NCBI GenBank assembly: GCA_965207225.1
Contig: CBDBLV010000004.1
Coordinates: forward strand, 416,001-480,000
DNA: 64,000 nucleotides
Direction: 5' to 3'
Origin: Dehalococcoidia bacterium
Lineage (GTDB): Bacteria; Chloroflexota; Dehalococcoidia; Plut-88900
A model generated the notes under the pieces. That model ran no database searches, was not told where the DNA came from, and saw nothing but the letters and a program-made list of their open reading frames with translations. A program made the position numbers and the translations under genes. Below are positions 39,122 to 48,615 of the stretch, piece after piece. Each line of letters begins with the position of its first letter. The stretch's first letter is position 1.

Positions 39122-39859
39122 CTAGTTGGATGCTCCGTACCCGTAGTCCTCTATCTGACCGTCCCTCATCCGGATGGTGCGATGGGTCAGTGCGGCCAGG
39201 GCCTCGGAGTGCGTCACCAGTACGAAGGTCTGCCGGTTCTGCTTGTTCAGGGAGAGAAGGAGGTCCATGATCTCGTCGGAGTTCTCCGAGTCCAGGTTCC
39301 CCGTGGGCTCGTCCCCCCACACTATCTCGGGCTGGTTTACCAGTGAACGGGCTATGGCAACTCTCTGCTGCTGTCCGCCGGAAAGCTCCGTCGGGTAGTG
39401 ATCGGTCCACTCCTGCAGGTTGACCAGGCCCAACGCCTCCCTCGCCCTCTCACGGGCCTCCCTGGCTTTCGTACCGGACACCAGCAGTGGCATCTCTACG
39501 TTTTCCAACGCGTTCAGCACCGGCAGCAGGTTGAAGGCCTGGAAAACGTAGCCCATCTTGGTGGCCCGGTAGCGGGTCTTCTGGTTATCGGACATCTTCG
39601 CCAGGTCCCGACCCGCAATCTTGATTACGCCGCCGTTGATCGAGTCCAGCCCCGACAGGCAGTTGAGCAGAGTTGTCTTCCCGCATCCGCTCGGGCCCAT
39701 TATCGCCACCATCTCTCCCCGCTCCACCTTCAGGTCCACCCCGTGCAGGGCATTCACCTTAACCCTTCCGGTATCGTAAATTTTGACTACTTCGGAGGCC
39801 TCTATAATCGGTCCGGAATCGGAGCTGTTGTCAGAATGCTGCATGGGTAACTGAGCCAT
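39122..39859 (-). CDS. ABC transporter ATP-binding protein (LolD/MacB-like)
   Basis: GPSGCGKT, LSGGQQQR and DEPTGNLD motifs. Confidence 0.95.
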   Translation of the reverse strand: MAQLPMQHSDNSSDSGPIIEASEVVKIYDTGRVKVNALHGVDLKVERGEMVAIMGPSGCGKTTLLNCLSGLDSINGGVIKIAGRDLAKMSDNQKTRYRATKMGYVFQAFNLLPVLNALENVEMPLLVSGTKAREARERAREALGLVNLQEWTDHYPTELSGGQQQRVAIARSLVNQPEIVWGDEPTGNLDSENSDEIMDLLLSLNKQNRQTFVLVTHSEALAALTHRTIRMRDGQIEDYGYGASN

Positions 39860-40050
39860 TTTCTCCCCGCCGATTCAGTCGGCGATTGTGCGCCTTCCTC
39901 TTGGTGAATTATATCACGTATATGAGTCATGAATTCTAATTATCGTCTCTTCACAACAGTTTCCCCCCCAAAGGTGAGACCTTTGCATAACCGTCATCCC
40001 CAACTCCACCCCGCCCCCGAGAAGTGGGGAGAATCATTCCCCTTTCTCCC

Positions 40051-40192
40051 CAGTATTGAACTAGAGGCAGAGGTTGGAGCTTCTGCTCCAACCTCTGCCT
40101 CTGTTCATCTTTCCCCCTCTCCCTTAAAGGCCCTAAGAGCCTGCCCCGAGTCCCTCGAGGGGGAGAGGGGGATCAAGGGGGTGAGGGTTCCC
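40051..40192. repeat. Composite palindromic repeat, copy A
   Basis: CAGTATTGAACT, 18-bp perfect hairpin (40063-40102), then CCCCCTCTCCC...GGGAGAGGGGG; homologous to 41334-41414 plus 42684-42725. Confidence 0.75.
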
Positions 40193-40559
40193 CTATGGGG
40201 TCGAGGGGCATCCCTCCAAAATTGTACATTTGCACTACCTGAACCCGCGTGCTATACTACACCCCAGGCCACCGACCCCATACCTCGGCGCCCATCACAA
40301 TGCAGGATCAAAGGAGTACCATGAGCCGCATAAGCCTTCACAGGCCCCGTCTCAGCCGAGCGGCATCCCGCCGCCCGGCCCCCGGCACGCGCCTCTTCCT
40401 TGGCTCCTTTCCCCACCCCGTCCTGCACCTCAACACCCACAACAAGCGCTGCCCAAAGGACCAACGCCTTGGCCTTCGCAGCGATCAATCACCGCCCCGC
40501 CCTCAATACTGCCTGGTCCCCGTGACCGGTAACGGAAGGTTCCTAAACTCAAATCGGCT

Positions 40560-40965
40560 AGCTCTACTTCGTGGCCAACACCGTAGAATCAGCGCCCCCG
40601 TTCCAGGTCGAATCTACGTAGCCGGCATAGACCTCGCCGGCGAATCGGAACAACCCGGAGAAGTCCGTCTCCAGGGCTTTAAGCCCACCCAAGACTCCAC
40701 CGTCGTAACTATCGGCGAACTCCAAATGCTTGATGACGGCTTCGGCTCCAAACTGCCCTCCCTCACCGTCGTCGAGCGCCATTGGTGGACGGGGAAGCCC
40801 CACACCGAGACCTTCTCGGGCCTCGTCCACCTTCTCAAAAACGTCTGGGGCTGCCGCAGGGTGGTCGTCGACGCCATTGGCACTGGCGTAGGCGTAGCCG
40901 CCTTCCTGCCTAAGACCATAGGACCTTCCATCGTAGTTCCCTTCACCTTCACAGCCCAGACCATT
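40560..40965 (+). pseudogene. Phage terminase large subunit C-terminal nuclease fragment
   Basis: YVAGIDLAG, DSTVVTI, VVVDAIGTG and VVPFTFT RNase H-like pattern; no ATPase domain; frame runs into repeats. Confidence 0.65.
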
Positions 40966-41414
40966 TGCCCCCCCACCCCAATCGGGAATCCATCCCGAGG
41001 GGTGGAGCGGCCGGCCTCCGTAAGGACTACCGGCGGGTCGCCCACCCCAGGGGCGGGGCCGCTCACCCTGAAGCCCCTCGAAGAGCCTGCCCCGAGTCCC
41101 TCGAGGGGGTCGAGCGGGGGGGTGGCCCACACCCGGCTGTCACGTCTCGCCAGTCACCCCCTCCCCCGACTTGCCATGTCATCCCGAGGCCCCGCGAGGG
41201 ATCTCAAGGGCCCGTCTCAAGACATGGCATTCACCTCCGTTCACCCCCATCCAACTTCAGGGAGTGTAAGGGGTACAGCCTCCCGTTCCCTGAAAGAATG
41301 GGCCAGGATGAGGCTGATCCCCTCCCATCCTGCCAGTACCAAACTAGAGGGAGCAGTTGGCGCAGGCGCGCCAACTGCTCCCTCTGTTTTTATCTCCCCC
41401 TCTCCCTCAATGGC

Positions 41415-42683
41415 TGTATAGACCGGGGAGAAGGGTAACAGTTGTTCGGGGAGATAGGTAACACATTTCCTACTTACTTAGATCTATGGTAGCAATGGGT
41501 TGTACGGAGAAGAAGACTTTCCACGTGCCGTCTTTGGACCCGGGTCTAAGGGCGACACACTTTCTTCGGAAGGCTTTCCCCACCTTAAAGGTTCTGCCCT
41601 TGAACCATATGCGGCCGTTGACGTCGACCTTGCGCACCTGGTCATTGGTGTCGTACTCGATGGCAGGCAGGACCTCGGGGAAGGGCCGGGGGCTGGGGGT
41701 GTATCGGCTGGAGGGGGTATTGAGGTCCAGGGCATGGTGAGGACGCTGGAGGTTGTAGAAGTCTCTCCAGGTGTCGAAGCTGCCCTGGCAGTGGTGCAGG
41801 TCTGTGTAGATGCTTCCCTGGAGCAGTTCGCTCTTGAGGGACTTGTGGAAGCGTTCAAGCTTGCCGAGAGTCTGGGGGTGGTGGGGTCTGCTGTGGATCA
41901 CCCTGACTCCCAGTTGCAGCAACCAGACGGTCAAGGGCGTGAAGGGATGGTAGAGGTCGTGGCCCCAGGGGGCGCCGTTGTCTACCAGCATAGTGACGGG
42001 CATGCCGTAACGGCGGAATACAGAGGTGAGGTGGCCACGGACCGTGGGAGTCTTCTCATCTGGGCAAGCCCTTACAGCCAGGGAGAACCTGGAGTGATCA
42101 TCGAGGATCGTCAGAGGGTGACATCTTCCACCACTGGACATGGGTATATGTCCCTTGAAGTCCATCTGCCAAAGGTCGTTGGGCCGGGGGTGCTCAAAGC
42201 GGCGGTAGGGCTTGTGCTTGAGGCTCTGGGCCGGCTCTATAAGTCCATGTCGACTGAGGATGGCTGTGACGGTGCTCTTGGCCGGTACACCGCCGTACCC
42301 TCTGTCCTTGAGCATCTTGGCCAGCACATGACCCCCCTTGGTGGGGAACTCCCTTCGAAGGTCTATTACCAGTTGCTCCATATCGGCGCTGGTGCGGTTC
42401 GGCGAGTGATGGGGACACTTGGAAAGGTCTTCCAGACTCCCCTTACCCCCTTCCAGGTATCGTCTCAGCCACTTGTAGCCGGTCTTACGGCTGATCCCGC
42501 TGCGCAGACACAGCTCACTCATGTTCACACCCTCGGACTGGGCCAGGACCACAAACTCTTCCCGTTGAGACATGACCGTTCCAACCTTCCATGGCATAGA
42601 AACCCTCCTCTTACAGAATCGCTATGCCTAATGGTGTAACCTATGTCTCCGAACATGTGTAACCTATGTCCCCGGTCTATACA
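41415..42683 (-). mobile_element. IS481-family insertion sequence
   Basis: Terminal IRs TGTATAGACCGGGGA / TCCCCGGTCTATACA; 5-bp target duplication ATGGC at 41410-41414 and 42684-42688. Confidence 0.93.
41470..42597 (-). CDS. IS481-family DDE transposase
   Basis: HTH GISRKTGYKW; WQMDFKG, DDHSRF, DNG and GKLERFH motifs. Confidence 0.95.
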   Translation of the reverse strand: MPWKVGTVMSQREEFVVLAQSEGVNMSELCLRSGISRKTGYKWLRRYLEGGKGSLEDLSKCPHHSPNRTSADMEQLVIDLRREFPTKGGHVLAKMLKDRGYGGVPAKSTVTAILSRHGLIEPAQSLKHKPYRRFEHPRPNDLWQMDFKGHIPMSSGGRCHPLTILDDHSRFSLAVRACPDEKTPTVRGHLTSVFRRYGMPVTMLVDNGAPWGHDLYHPFTPLTVWLLQLGVRVIHSRPHHPQTLGKLERFHKSLKSELLQGSIYTDLHHCQGSFDTWRDFYNLQRPHHALDLNTPSSRYTPSPRPFPEVLPAIEYDTNDQVRKVDVNGRIWFKGRTFKVGKAFRRKCVALRPGSKDGTWKVFFSVQPIATIDLSK

Positions 42684-42773
42684 ATGGCCCTGAGGGAGAG
42701 GGGGATAAAGGGGGAGAGGGTTCCCCTCCGTCCCCTGCGACACGCGAAATCCCCAGAAATCCCTTTAGGCGTC

Positions 42774-42827
42774 GTTCAATCAAACCAGCTACGAGTTCAA
42801 TCAACGTTTAATCAAAGTTCAATCAAA
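42774..42827. repeat. Phased GTTCAATCAA direct repeats
   Basis: Copies start at 42774, 42795, 42806 (one mismatch) and 42817. Confidence 0.75.
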
Positions 42828-42984
42828 ACCCCACCCCCACAATTGAACAAAAATCCGGTGTTCCATCATCCCATCGGACCGGGACCGCACCTTGTGCAAA
42901 CTTCCGCCTCCTCCGTAAAATCTCCCAAACCTAGTGAGGTGCAGGTCTCCGTCTATTGGCCCTGCACCCGAGTCGGAGGACGGA

Positions 42985-44199
42985 ATGGCTGGCCCCCTCA
43001 CCGGAATCAAGGTCGTCGAAGTCGCCAATTTCCTCGCGGTACCCTGCTGTGCCGCCCTGATGGCAGACATGGGCGCCGACGTCATAAAGGTCGAACCCCT
43101 CGGCGGCGACCCCTACAGGTGGCTGTCCTCCGACGGCACCTACGGATTCGATTTCCCAATCAACTACGCCTTCGAAATGGACAACCGGGGTAAGCGGTCT
43201 ATCTCCGTAGACCTCAACAAACCTCAGGCCTCCGAAATCGTACAGAGTTTGGCCGGGGAGGCCGATGTCTTCTTAACCAACCTTCTTCCCAGGCGCATGC
43301 AAAAGTTCGGCCTCACCTACGAACAGCTCTCCTCCGAAAACCCCCGGCTCATCTACCTCGCGCTGAGCGGATTTGGACCCAGGGGACCCATGAAGGACAA
43401 GCTCGGATTCGATCACACCACTTTCTGGGCCAGTTCCGGCCTGATGCACCTTTACAGCCAGCTCGCCCCCGAACCCATCGACATCCTGAACGGCATGGGC
43501 GACCACACCACCGCCCCCACTCTATTGGCTGGCGTTCTGGCGGCCATCCTTGAACGCCAGCGTACCGGCAAAGGCCGACTGGTCACCACATCCCTGATGA
43601 ACATGGGGCTGTGGGTTATCGGCGCCGACGTTCAGGAGGCCCTTGCCTCCAACAAGCCCCTTCTTCGCCGCTCACGCGTTGACGCAATAGACTCCCTCAT
43701 CAACACCTACTGCGCTTCCGACGGCAAGTGGTTCCTCATGGTCATGCCCGACAACGGGACCAACTGGGACAAGCTCTGCCGGGCCATCGGACACCCGGAA
43801 TTGATCGCCGACCCCCGGTTCGCCTCCATCGAGGACCGGAAGGCCAACGCCACCCAGGCCATCGCCACTCTCGACTCCATATTTGCTGAGAAGACTATGG
43901 AGGAATGGACACCGATCCTCGAAGCCAGCGATGTCATATTCGCACCCGTGAGATCAATGCTCGATGCCCTCGACGACCCCCAGGTGGAGCTCAACGATAT
44001 GCTCCGCACCCTCGATCATCCGGAGCATGGGCCCTACCAGGTGCTGAACACGCCCATTCACCTGGAAGATACGGACATCGGGCCCAAGTCCCCCTCCCCC
44101 GAACTCGGCCAGCACACGGAAGAGGTGCTGCTGGAGATGGGCTATTCCTGGGACGACATCACCAGTCTACAGGACTCGGGGGCCATTACGGGGGGGTAA
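42985..44199 (+). CDS. Class III CoA-transferase (CaiB/BaiF)
   Basis: PLTGIKVVE, GADVIKVEP, NRGKRS and PELGQHTEEVL motifs; GGAGG RBS. Confidence 0.93.
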   Translation: MAGPLTGIKVVEVANFLAVPCCAALMADMGADVIKVEPLGGDPYRWLSSDGTYGFDFPINYAFEMDNRGKRSISVDLNKPQASEIVQSLAGEADVFLTNLLPRRMQKFGLTYEQLSSENPRLIYLALSGFGPRGPMKDKLGFDHTTFWASSGLMHLYSQLAPEPIDILNGMGDHTTAPTLLAGVLAAILERQRTGKGRLVTTSLMNMGLWVIGADVQEALASNKPLLRRSRVDAIDSLINTYCASDGKWFLMVMPDNGTNWDKLCRAIGHPELIADPRFASIEDRKANATQAIATLDSIFAEKTMEEWTPILEASDVIFAPVRSMLDALDDPQVELNDMLRTLDHPEHGPYQVLNTPIHLEDTDIGPKSPSPELGQHTEEVLLEMGYSWDDITSLQDSGAITGG

Positions 44200-44227
44200 G
44201 AGGTCAATGCACAACGAGAAGCAATCT

Positions 44228-44563
44228 TCAATCGATGACTAGAGTGTCTATAGTGGTGTCAAAAGCTTTCGCAAGTCGAGCGAGGGCACTGAGCGAACCT
44301 CTCTTACGTCCCCTTTCTATCTCCGACAAATAGCTGGCGGAAATGCCCGTTTCTTCGGCCAGGTCACGTAACGATACTCCACGGTGCGCCCGAAATGCGG
44401 CAACCGGATTATCCCCCCGGATAATGGCTACGGCGATTTGGTGGGGGATTCGGCTGCCATCATCTGCATCCCTGGCGGCCAGAATATCTTCAAGGTCGGT
44501 ATTCCGGCTGACTAAAGATTCGTACTCAGACCGACTCAGGACAATGGTATCCTCACTAATCAT
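44228..44563 (-). CDS. XRE-family HTH antitoxin
   Basis: LRDLAEETGISASYLSEIERG HTH; downstream of the toxin gene. Confidence 0.9.
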   Translation of the reverse strand: MISEDTIVLSRSEYESLVSRNTDLEDILAARDADDGSRIPHQIAVAIIRGDNPVAAFRAHRGVSLRDLAEETGISASYLSEIERGRKRGSLSALARLAKAFDTTIDTLVID

Positions 44564-44861
44564 ACGCTTCTCTCCTGTGTCGAACTCGCATCACCAGCAT
44601 GACAGATGACTTTTCTCGTTTAATGTCAAATATGACCCGTTTATTGCCTACTCGCAACCGTTTGAATTCGCTGCCCACCAACGTGATCACCTGATTTGCG
44701 AGTGATTCGGGATCGGTGGCATATTGCTCGACCTTCGATATTACTTGATTCCGATCCCTTGCCGTGAGGCGCCGCATATCTTTGATTGCCCGAGTGCTCC
44801 ACTCGATCTCAAGTCCCTGCTTCACACTTTTGATGTTCGCATTTCGCGAACATAGTGTCAA
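44556..44861 (-). CDS. RelE/ParE-family toxin (toxin-first, HigBA-like order)
   Basis: KRLRVGNKRVIF and VRHRREAY motifs; start uncertain. Confidence 0.88.
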   Translation of the reverse strand: MTLCSRNANIKSVKQGLEIEWSTRAIKDMRRLTARDRNQVISKVEQYATDPESLANQVITLVGSEFKRLRVGNKRVIFDIKREKSSVMLVMRVRHRREAYD

Positions 44862-44876
44862 ACGTCATGAGCTACC

Positions 44877-46370
44877 TTATCCAGAATTCTCTCCCCTCCC
44901 CACCCGACCCTGCACCACTGATATGGTAAATGCGAATCCCGTCATTGCCAGCGAGACAAGGAAACTCATAGACAACCCCGAGACAAACGCTTCCTTGACC
45001 CCCTCGCCCGAGGTCTCCGTAACTGCGGACAGGCTCGGCTCATACCCCGCAGAGGCCATAAACACCGCCACCACCGTCGTCGAGATAGCAATGCCAGTTA
45101 CGTTGCCCGTGGTCCGGGTCAGGTTCAGCAGCGCAGCGATAATCCCGTAGTTCCTGCCCGACTGTGTGCTCAAAATATCGCTGGTGTTAGGCGCATAGAA
45201 CGTCCCCATCCCCGCCCCCGATAGCGCAAGGGCTATCACCGCGTGCAACGGCGACGAGTTTACATCCAGCGTTGAAAACGTATACATCGCCGAGGCTGCC
45301 ATGACCAGCCCTGCCAGCATCAGCCATCTTGCACCCAGCCTCTCCGAAAGCACACCGCTCACGGCCCCCCAGACCGCCATGGACAACGAGGCGGACGCCG
45401 TGATCAGCCCCGCAATATGCGGGTCGTAGCCCAGCACCTGTATCAGGTAGAAGGGCATGAGTATCACGCGGGGAGAGCTGGATAGGAATAACAGGAACCT
45501 TGCCGCTACTCCCAGGGAGAAATAGCGGCTGGCGAAATATCGGAGGTCGATCATCGGGTGGGAACTGCGCAGCTCCCACCACACGAAGAATATGAACAGG
45601 CCCCCGGCAATCGCCAGACCGCCAGCTACCGGCCCCGACCCCCAACCGAGACTGTGAGAGTTCGAAAGGGCCAGGAGCAGGACCACCAGCGTTCCGGATG
45701 ACGCTCCCGCCCCGACCCAGTCGAAGCGGCCGCGGGACTCGCCGGAGGGGACATGGCTAGGCCAGCCCCTCAGCGCCCATACCGCCGCTATGATGGCGGC
45801 AAGGCCCAGGGGCACGCTGGCGTAGAACAGCCACCTCCAGCCGAACTCGTTGACCAGCAGTCCACCCAGGAAGGGTCCTCCCGTGGCCCCCACCCCAACC
45901 ATGGTAGTGTAGAGCCCGATGGCTCTGCCGCGTTCTCTTTTGGGGAAGGCCTCGGTCATTATGGCCATGGCGTTGGCCTGCACCCCCGCCGAGAACACCC
46001 CCTGCACCACCTTCGCCCCAAGTAACACCCAGTAGGTCGGGGACAGGCCCGCCACCACGGCCATACCTATAAACCCCACGAAGCCCAGGGTATATACCCT
46101 GTGTCGTCCCACCATGTCGGCCAGCCTGCCCAGCGGCATGAAGGCCACGCTGGTGCTGAGAACATATCCCAGCGTCACCCATTGGACCACCGGGATATTC
46201 ACGTCGAAATCTTCGGCGATCTCGGGGAGGGCAATGGCTACGCCGGTCTGCTCGGCTACCGACAGGAACATCCCTATGGCAATGGCAACAAAGGCCTGCC
46301 ATTTCCTGAACCCAACATCCGCGGACGCCGCCCCCTGCCCCGGTTGCTCGCTTGCCATGCCCACCATCAT
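44877..46370 (-). CDS. MFS transporter, DHA2/EmrB-like
   Basis: GRLADMVGRHR, GPFLGGLL and GWRWLF motifs; about 14 TM segments. Confidence 0.92.
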   Translation of the reverse strand: MMVGMASEQPGQGAASADVGFRKWQAFVAIAIGMFLSVAEQTGVAIALPEIAEDFDVNIPVVQWVTLGYVLSTSVAFMPLGRLADMVGRHRVYTLGFVGFIGMAVVAGLSPTYWVLLGAKVVQGVFSAGVQANAMAIMTEAFPKRERGRAIGLYTTMVGVGATGGPFLGGLLVNEFGWRWLFYASVPLGLAAIIAAVWALRGWPSHVPSGESRGRFDWVGAGASSGTLVVLLLALSNSHSLGWGSGPVAGGLAIAGGLFIFFVWWELRSSHPMIDLRYFASRYFSLGVAARFLLFLSSSPRVILMPFYLIQVLGYDPHIAGLITASASLSMAVWGAVSGVLSERLGARWLMLAGLVMAASAMYTFSTLDVNSSPLHAVIALALSGAGMGTFYAPNTSDILSTQSGRNYGIIAALLNLTRTTGNVTGIAISTTVVAVFMASAGYEPSLSAVTETSGEGVKEAFVSGLSMSFLVSLAMTGFAFTISVVQGRVGRGENSG

Positions 46371-46454
46371 ACCCCACCCCCCTCAACCCTCATCGACCCG
46401 GCATGGCTTCTGTGATATCGTCCCTCCTACATCTGTCAGGATTGGGGACAAAGC

Positions 46455-47408
46455 ATGCAGTACAGGCTCCTTGGAAATACGGGGGTCAAGGTTTCAGTGG
46501 TCGGGCTCGGGGCCAACAATTTTGGGGATCCCAATGACGAGGCAAGCTCGCATCGAGTGATGGACCAAGCCTTGGACCTGGGTGTGAACTTCATCGACAC
46601 GGCCAACTTCTACAATATGGGCAAGTCCGAGGAGATTATCGGCAAGTGGCTGAAGGGCCGAAGGGACCGGGTTGTCCTGGCCACCAAGTTCGAAATGGAC
46701 ATGGACGAGGGCCCCAACAGCGGGGGCGCCTCCCGTTATCACATGTTCAACGCCGTTGAGGACAGCCTCAGACGTCTCCAGACCGACCACATTGACCTTT
46801 ACCAGGTCCACTGGCACGACCCCAACACCCCCATCGAAGAGACGTTGCGGGGCCTGGACGACCTGGTGAAGCAGGGAAAGGTCCGCTACTTCGGGACTTC
46901 AAACTTCTCGGCTATGCTGCTCTCCGAGACCCTTTGGACTTCCAGGTTTCATAACCTCAACAGGTCGGTCTCCGAGCAATGCTATTACAACCTGCTCCAC
47001 AGGAGAGTAGAGCTTGAAGTTGTGCCCTACTGCGCAGCCAATGGGTTGAGCGTAATCCCGTACTTCCCGTTGGAGTCTGGGCTACTGACGGGCAAATACA
47101 GCCGCAACGCACCGATTCCCGAGGGCACCCGCATGGCCTCGGGTGAGTTCTACCGCCGCTCTTTGACCGACGAGAATTTCGACAAAGTGGACAAGCTGTC
47201 AGCCTTTGCTGGGGAAAGAGGCCATACAGTGGGCGAATTGGCTATCGCCTGGCTTCTGGCCAACCCGGCTGTCTGCAGCGTAATATCCGGGGCCACGAGA
47301 CCCGAGCAGGTCGTCAAGAACGTCAAGGCCGCAGACTGGGTGCTTACACCTGAAGATTTGAAGGCAGTGGACGAGATCGTTCCCCCGCCCCAACCCCCCG
47401 AGCGTTAG
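46455..47408 (+). CDS. Aldo/keto reductase
   Basis: FIDTANFY, SLRRLQTDHIDLYQVH and GKVRYFGTSN motifs. Confidence 0.95.
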   Translation: MQYRLLGNTGVKVSVVGLGANNFGDPNDEASSHRVMDQALDLGVNFIDTANFYNMGKSEEIIGKWLKGRRDRVVLATKFEMDMDEGPNSGGASRYHMFNAVEDSLRRLQTDHIDLYQVHWHDPNTPIEETLRGLDDLVKQGKVRYFGTSNFSAMLLSETLWTSRFHNLNRSVSEQCYYNLLHRRVELEVVPYCAANGLSVIPYFPLESGLLTGKYSRNAPIPEGTRMASGEFYRRSLTDENFDKVDKLSAFAGERGHTVGELAIAWLLANPAVCSVISGATRPEQVVKNVKAADWVLTPEDLKAVDEIVPPPQPPER

Positions 47409-47545
47409 GCCCCCTGCTTGGGCAGAGCCTTCTCCTTGGCCCGCCTCCCGAGCTCCTGCACCAGCCTCTTCAACCCCCTCCCTGATACCCGCATCTTCCG
47501 CCGGTTACGCCGCCTCTCTTCCCGTCTTTCCTGCTTCGTGTCCAT
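47405..47545 (-). CDS. Small highly basic hypothetical protein (46 aa)
   Basis: MDTKQERREERRRNRRKMRVSGRGLK...; SD-like GGGGTGA just upstream; follows the LLM stop. Confidence 0.5.
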   Translation of the reverse strand: MDTKQERREERRRNRRKMRVSGRGLKRLVQELGRRAKEKALPKQGA

Positions 47546-47549
47546 ACCA

Positions 47550-48611
47550 TCACCCCGCCGGGGTAAGGGTTTCCGTTTTTGGTGCATCCTGGAATTTCGG
47601 CATAACGTACCTGGCAAACAACTCCATCGAACGGAGCACTTTGTCGTGGGGCATGTCCCCCAGCCAGAAATCGCAGTTCAGGTGATCGAGTTGCAGCTTT
47701 TCTTGAAGACGGATCAGTTTTTCAGAGACCGTGTCCGGCGTGCCGAACAGGAAATGCCGGGCCACCAGCTCCTGGATCGACGGCTCATTCTCGATGGGTA
47801 CGTCCGTGACCCGACCCTTCTCCACCTGCTCCCGCCCCAGCCGCAGGCTAAGTGAGACCCGCATGTTCCACAGACCATGCTCCGCCATCTTCTCCGCCTC
47901 GTCCTCCGACTCCGTCACGTAGATCTTCTGCTGAATCCCGAACTGCAATTGTCCCCCTCGCCCATGACGGAGAACCGCATCTTCGAATTGCTCCCGACGC
48001 TCCTCTATCCTGCCGATGGGAAAAGCCGCCCCTCCCGTCACTACGTTGAAGCCCCGGCGCACCGCTCCATCGATGGACTCGGGGCTTTGGCCGACTACCC
48101 AGATCGGGGGGTGGGGTTTTTGGTAGGGCTTGGGTAGGACGGTAGTCTCCGGGAAGCTGAAATGTTCGCCCTGGAAGCTGAAAGAGTCTTCGGTGAAGGC
48201 CCTGGTGACGATCTCTATGGCCTCTTCCCAGCGGGCCCGGCTGTCCTTCAGGTCGAGCCCCAGCCTTTGGAATTCGTACTGCTGGTACCCCCGCCCGAGA
48301 CCGAGGTCAAACCTGCCTTCGCTCAGCAGGTCTATGGTTGCCGCTTCCTCCGCCACCATCAGCGGATTGTGTAATGGCAGCACCACTACCGCAGTACCAA
48401 TGCGTATGCGGCTGGTCCTGGCCGCGAGATGGGTGGCCATGATGAGGGGGCAGGAGAGGTAGCCGTAGTTGGAGAAATGGTGCTCGGCAAGCCAGATACC
48501 GTCGTAGCCTAGGGCTTCTGCAGCCTGCGCTACCTCCAGACCGCGGGCATAAATCTCCGCGTGGGGCAATGCCCGAGGTGAGGGCATCAGGAGAAAGGCG
48601 CCGAAATTCAA
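47550..48611 (-). CDS. LLM-class flavin-dependent oxidoreductase
   Basis: GYDGIWLAEHHF and IGTAVVVLPLHNP motifs; TTG start at 48611. Confidence 0.92.
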   Translation of the reverse strand: MNFGAFLLMPSPRALPHAEIYARGLEVAQAAEALGYDGIWLAEHHFSNYGYLSCPLIMATHLAARTSRIRIGTAVVVLPLHNPLMVAEEAATIDLLSEGRFDLGLGRGYQQYEFQRLGLDLKDSRARWEEAIEIVTRAFTEDSFSFQGEHFSFPETTVLPKPYQKPHPPIWVVGQSPESIDGAVRRGFNVVTGGAAFPIGRIEERREQFEDAVLRHGRGGQLQFGIQQKIYVTESEDEAEKMAEHGLWNMRVSLSLRLGREQVEKGRVTDVPIENEPSIQELVARHFLFGTPDTVSEKLIRLQEKLQLDHLNCDFWLGDMPHDKVLRSMELFARYVMPKFQDAPKTETLTPAG

Positions 48612-48615
48612 GTCG

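Noticed and set aside
40249-41421. 390-aa ORF as an intact gene
   Set aside because: Only the middle is protein-like (terminase fragment); the C-terminal part is translated repeat DNA.
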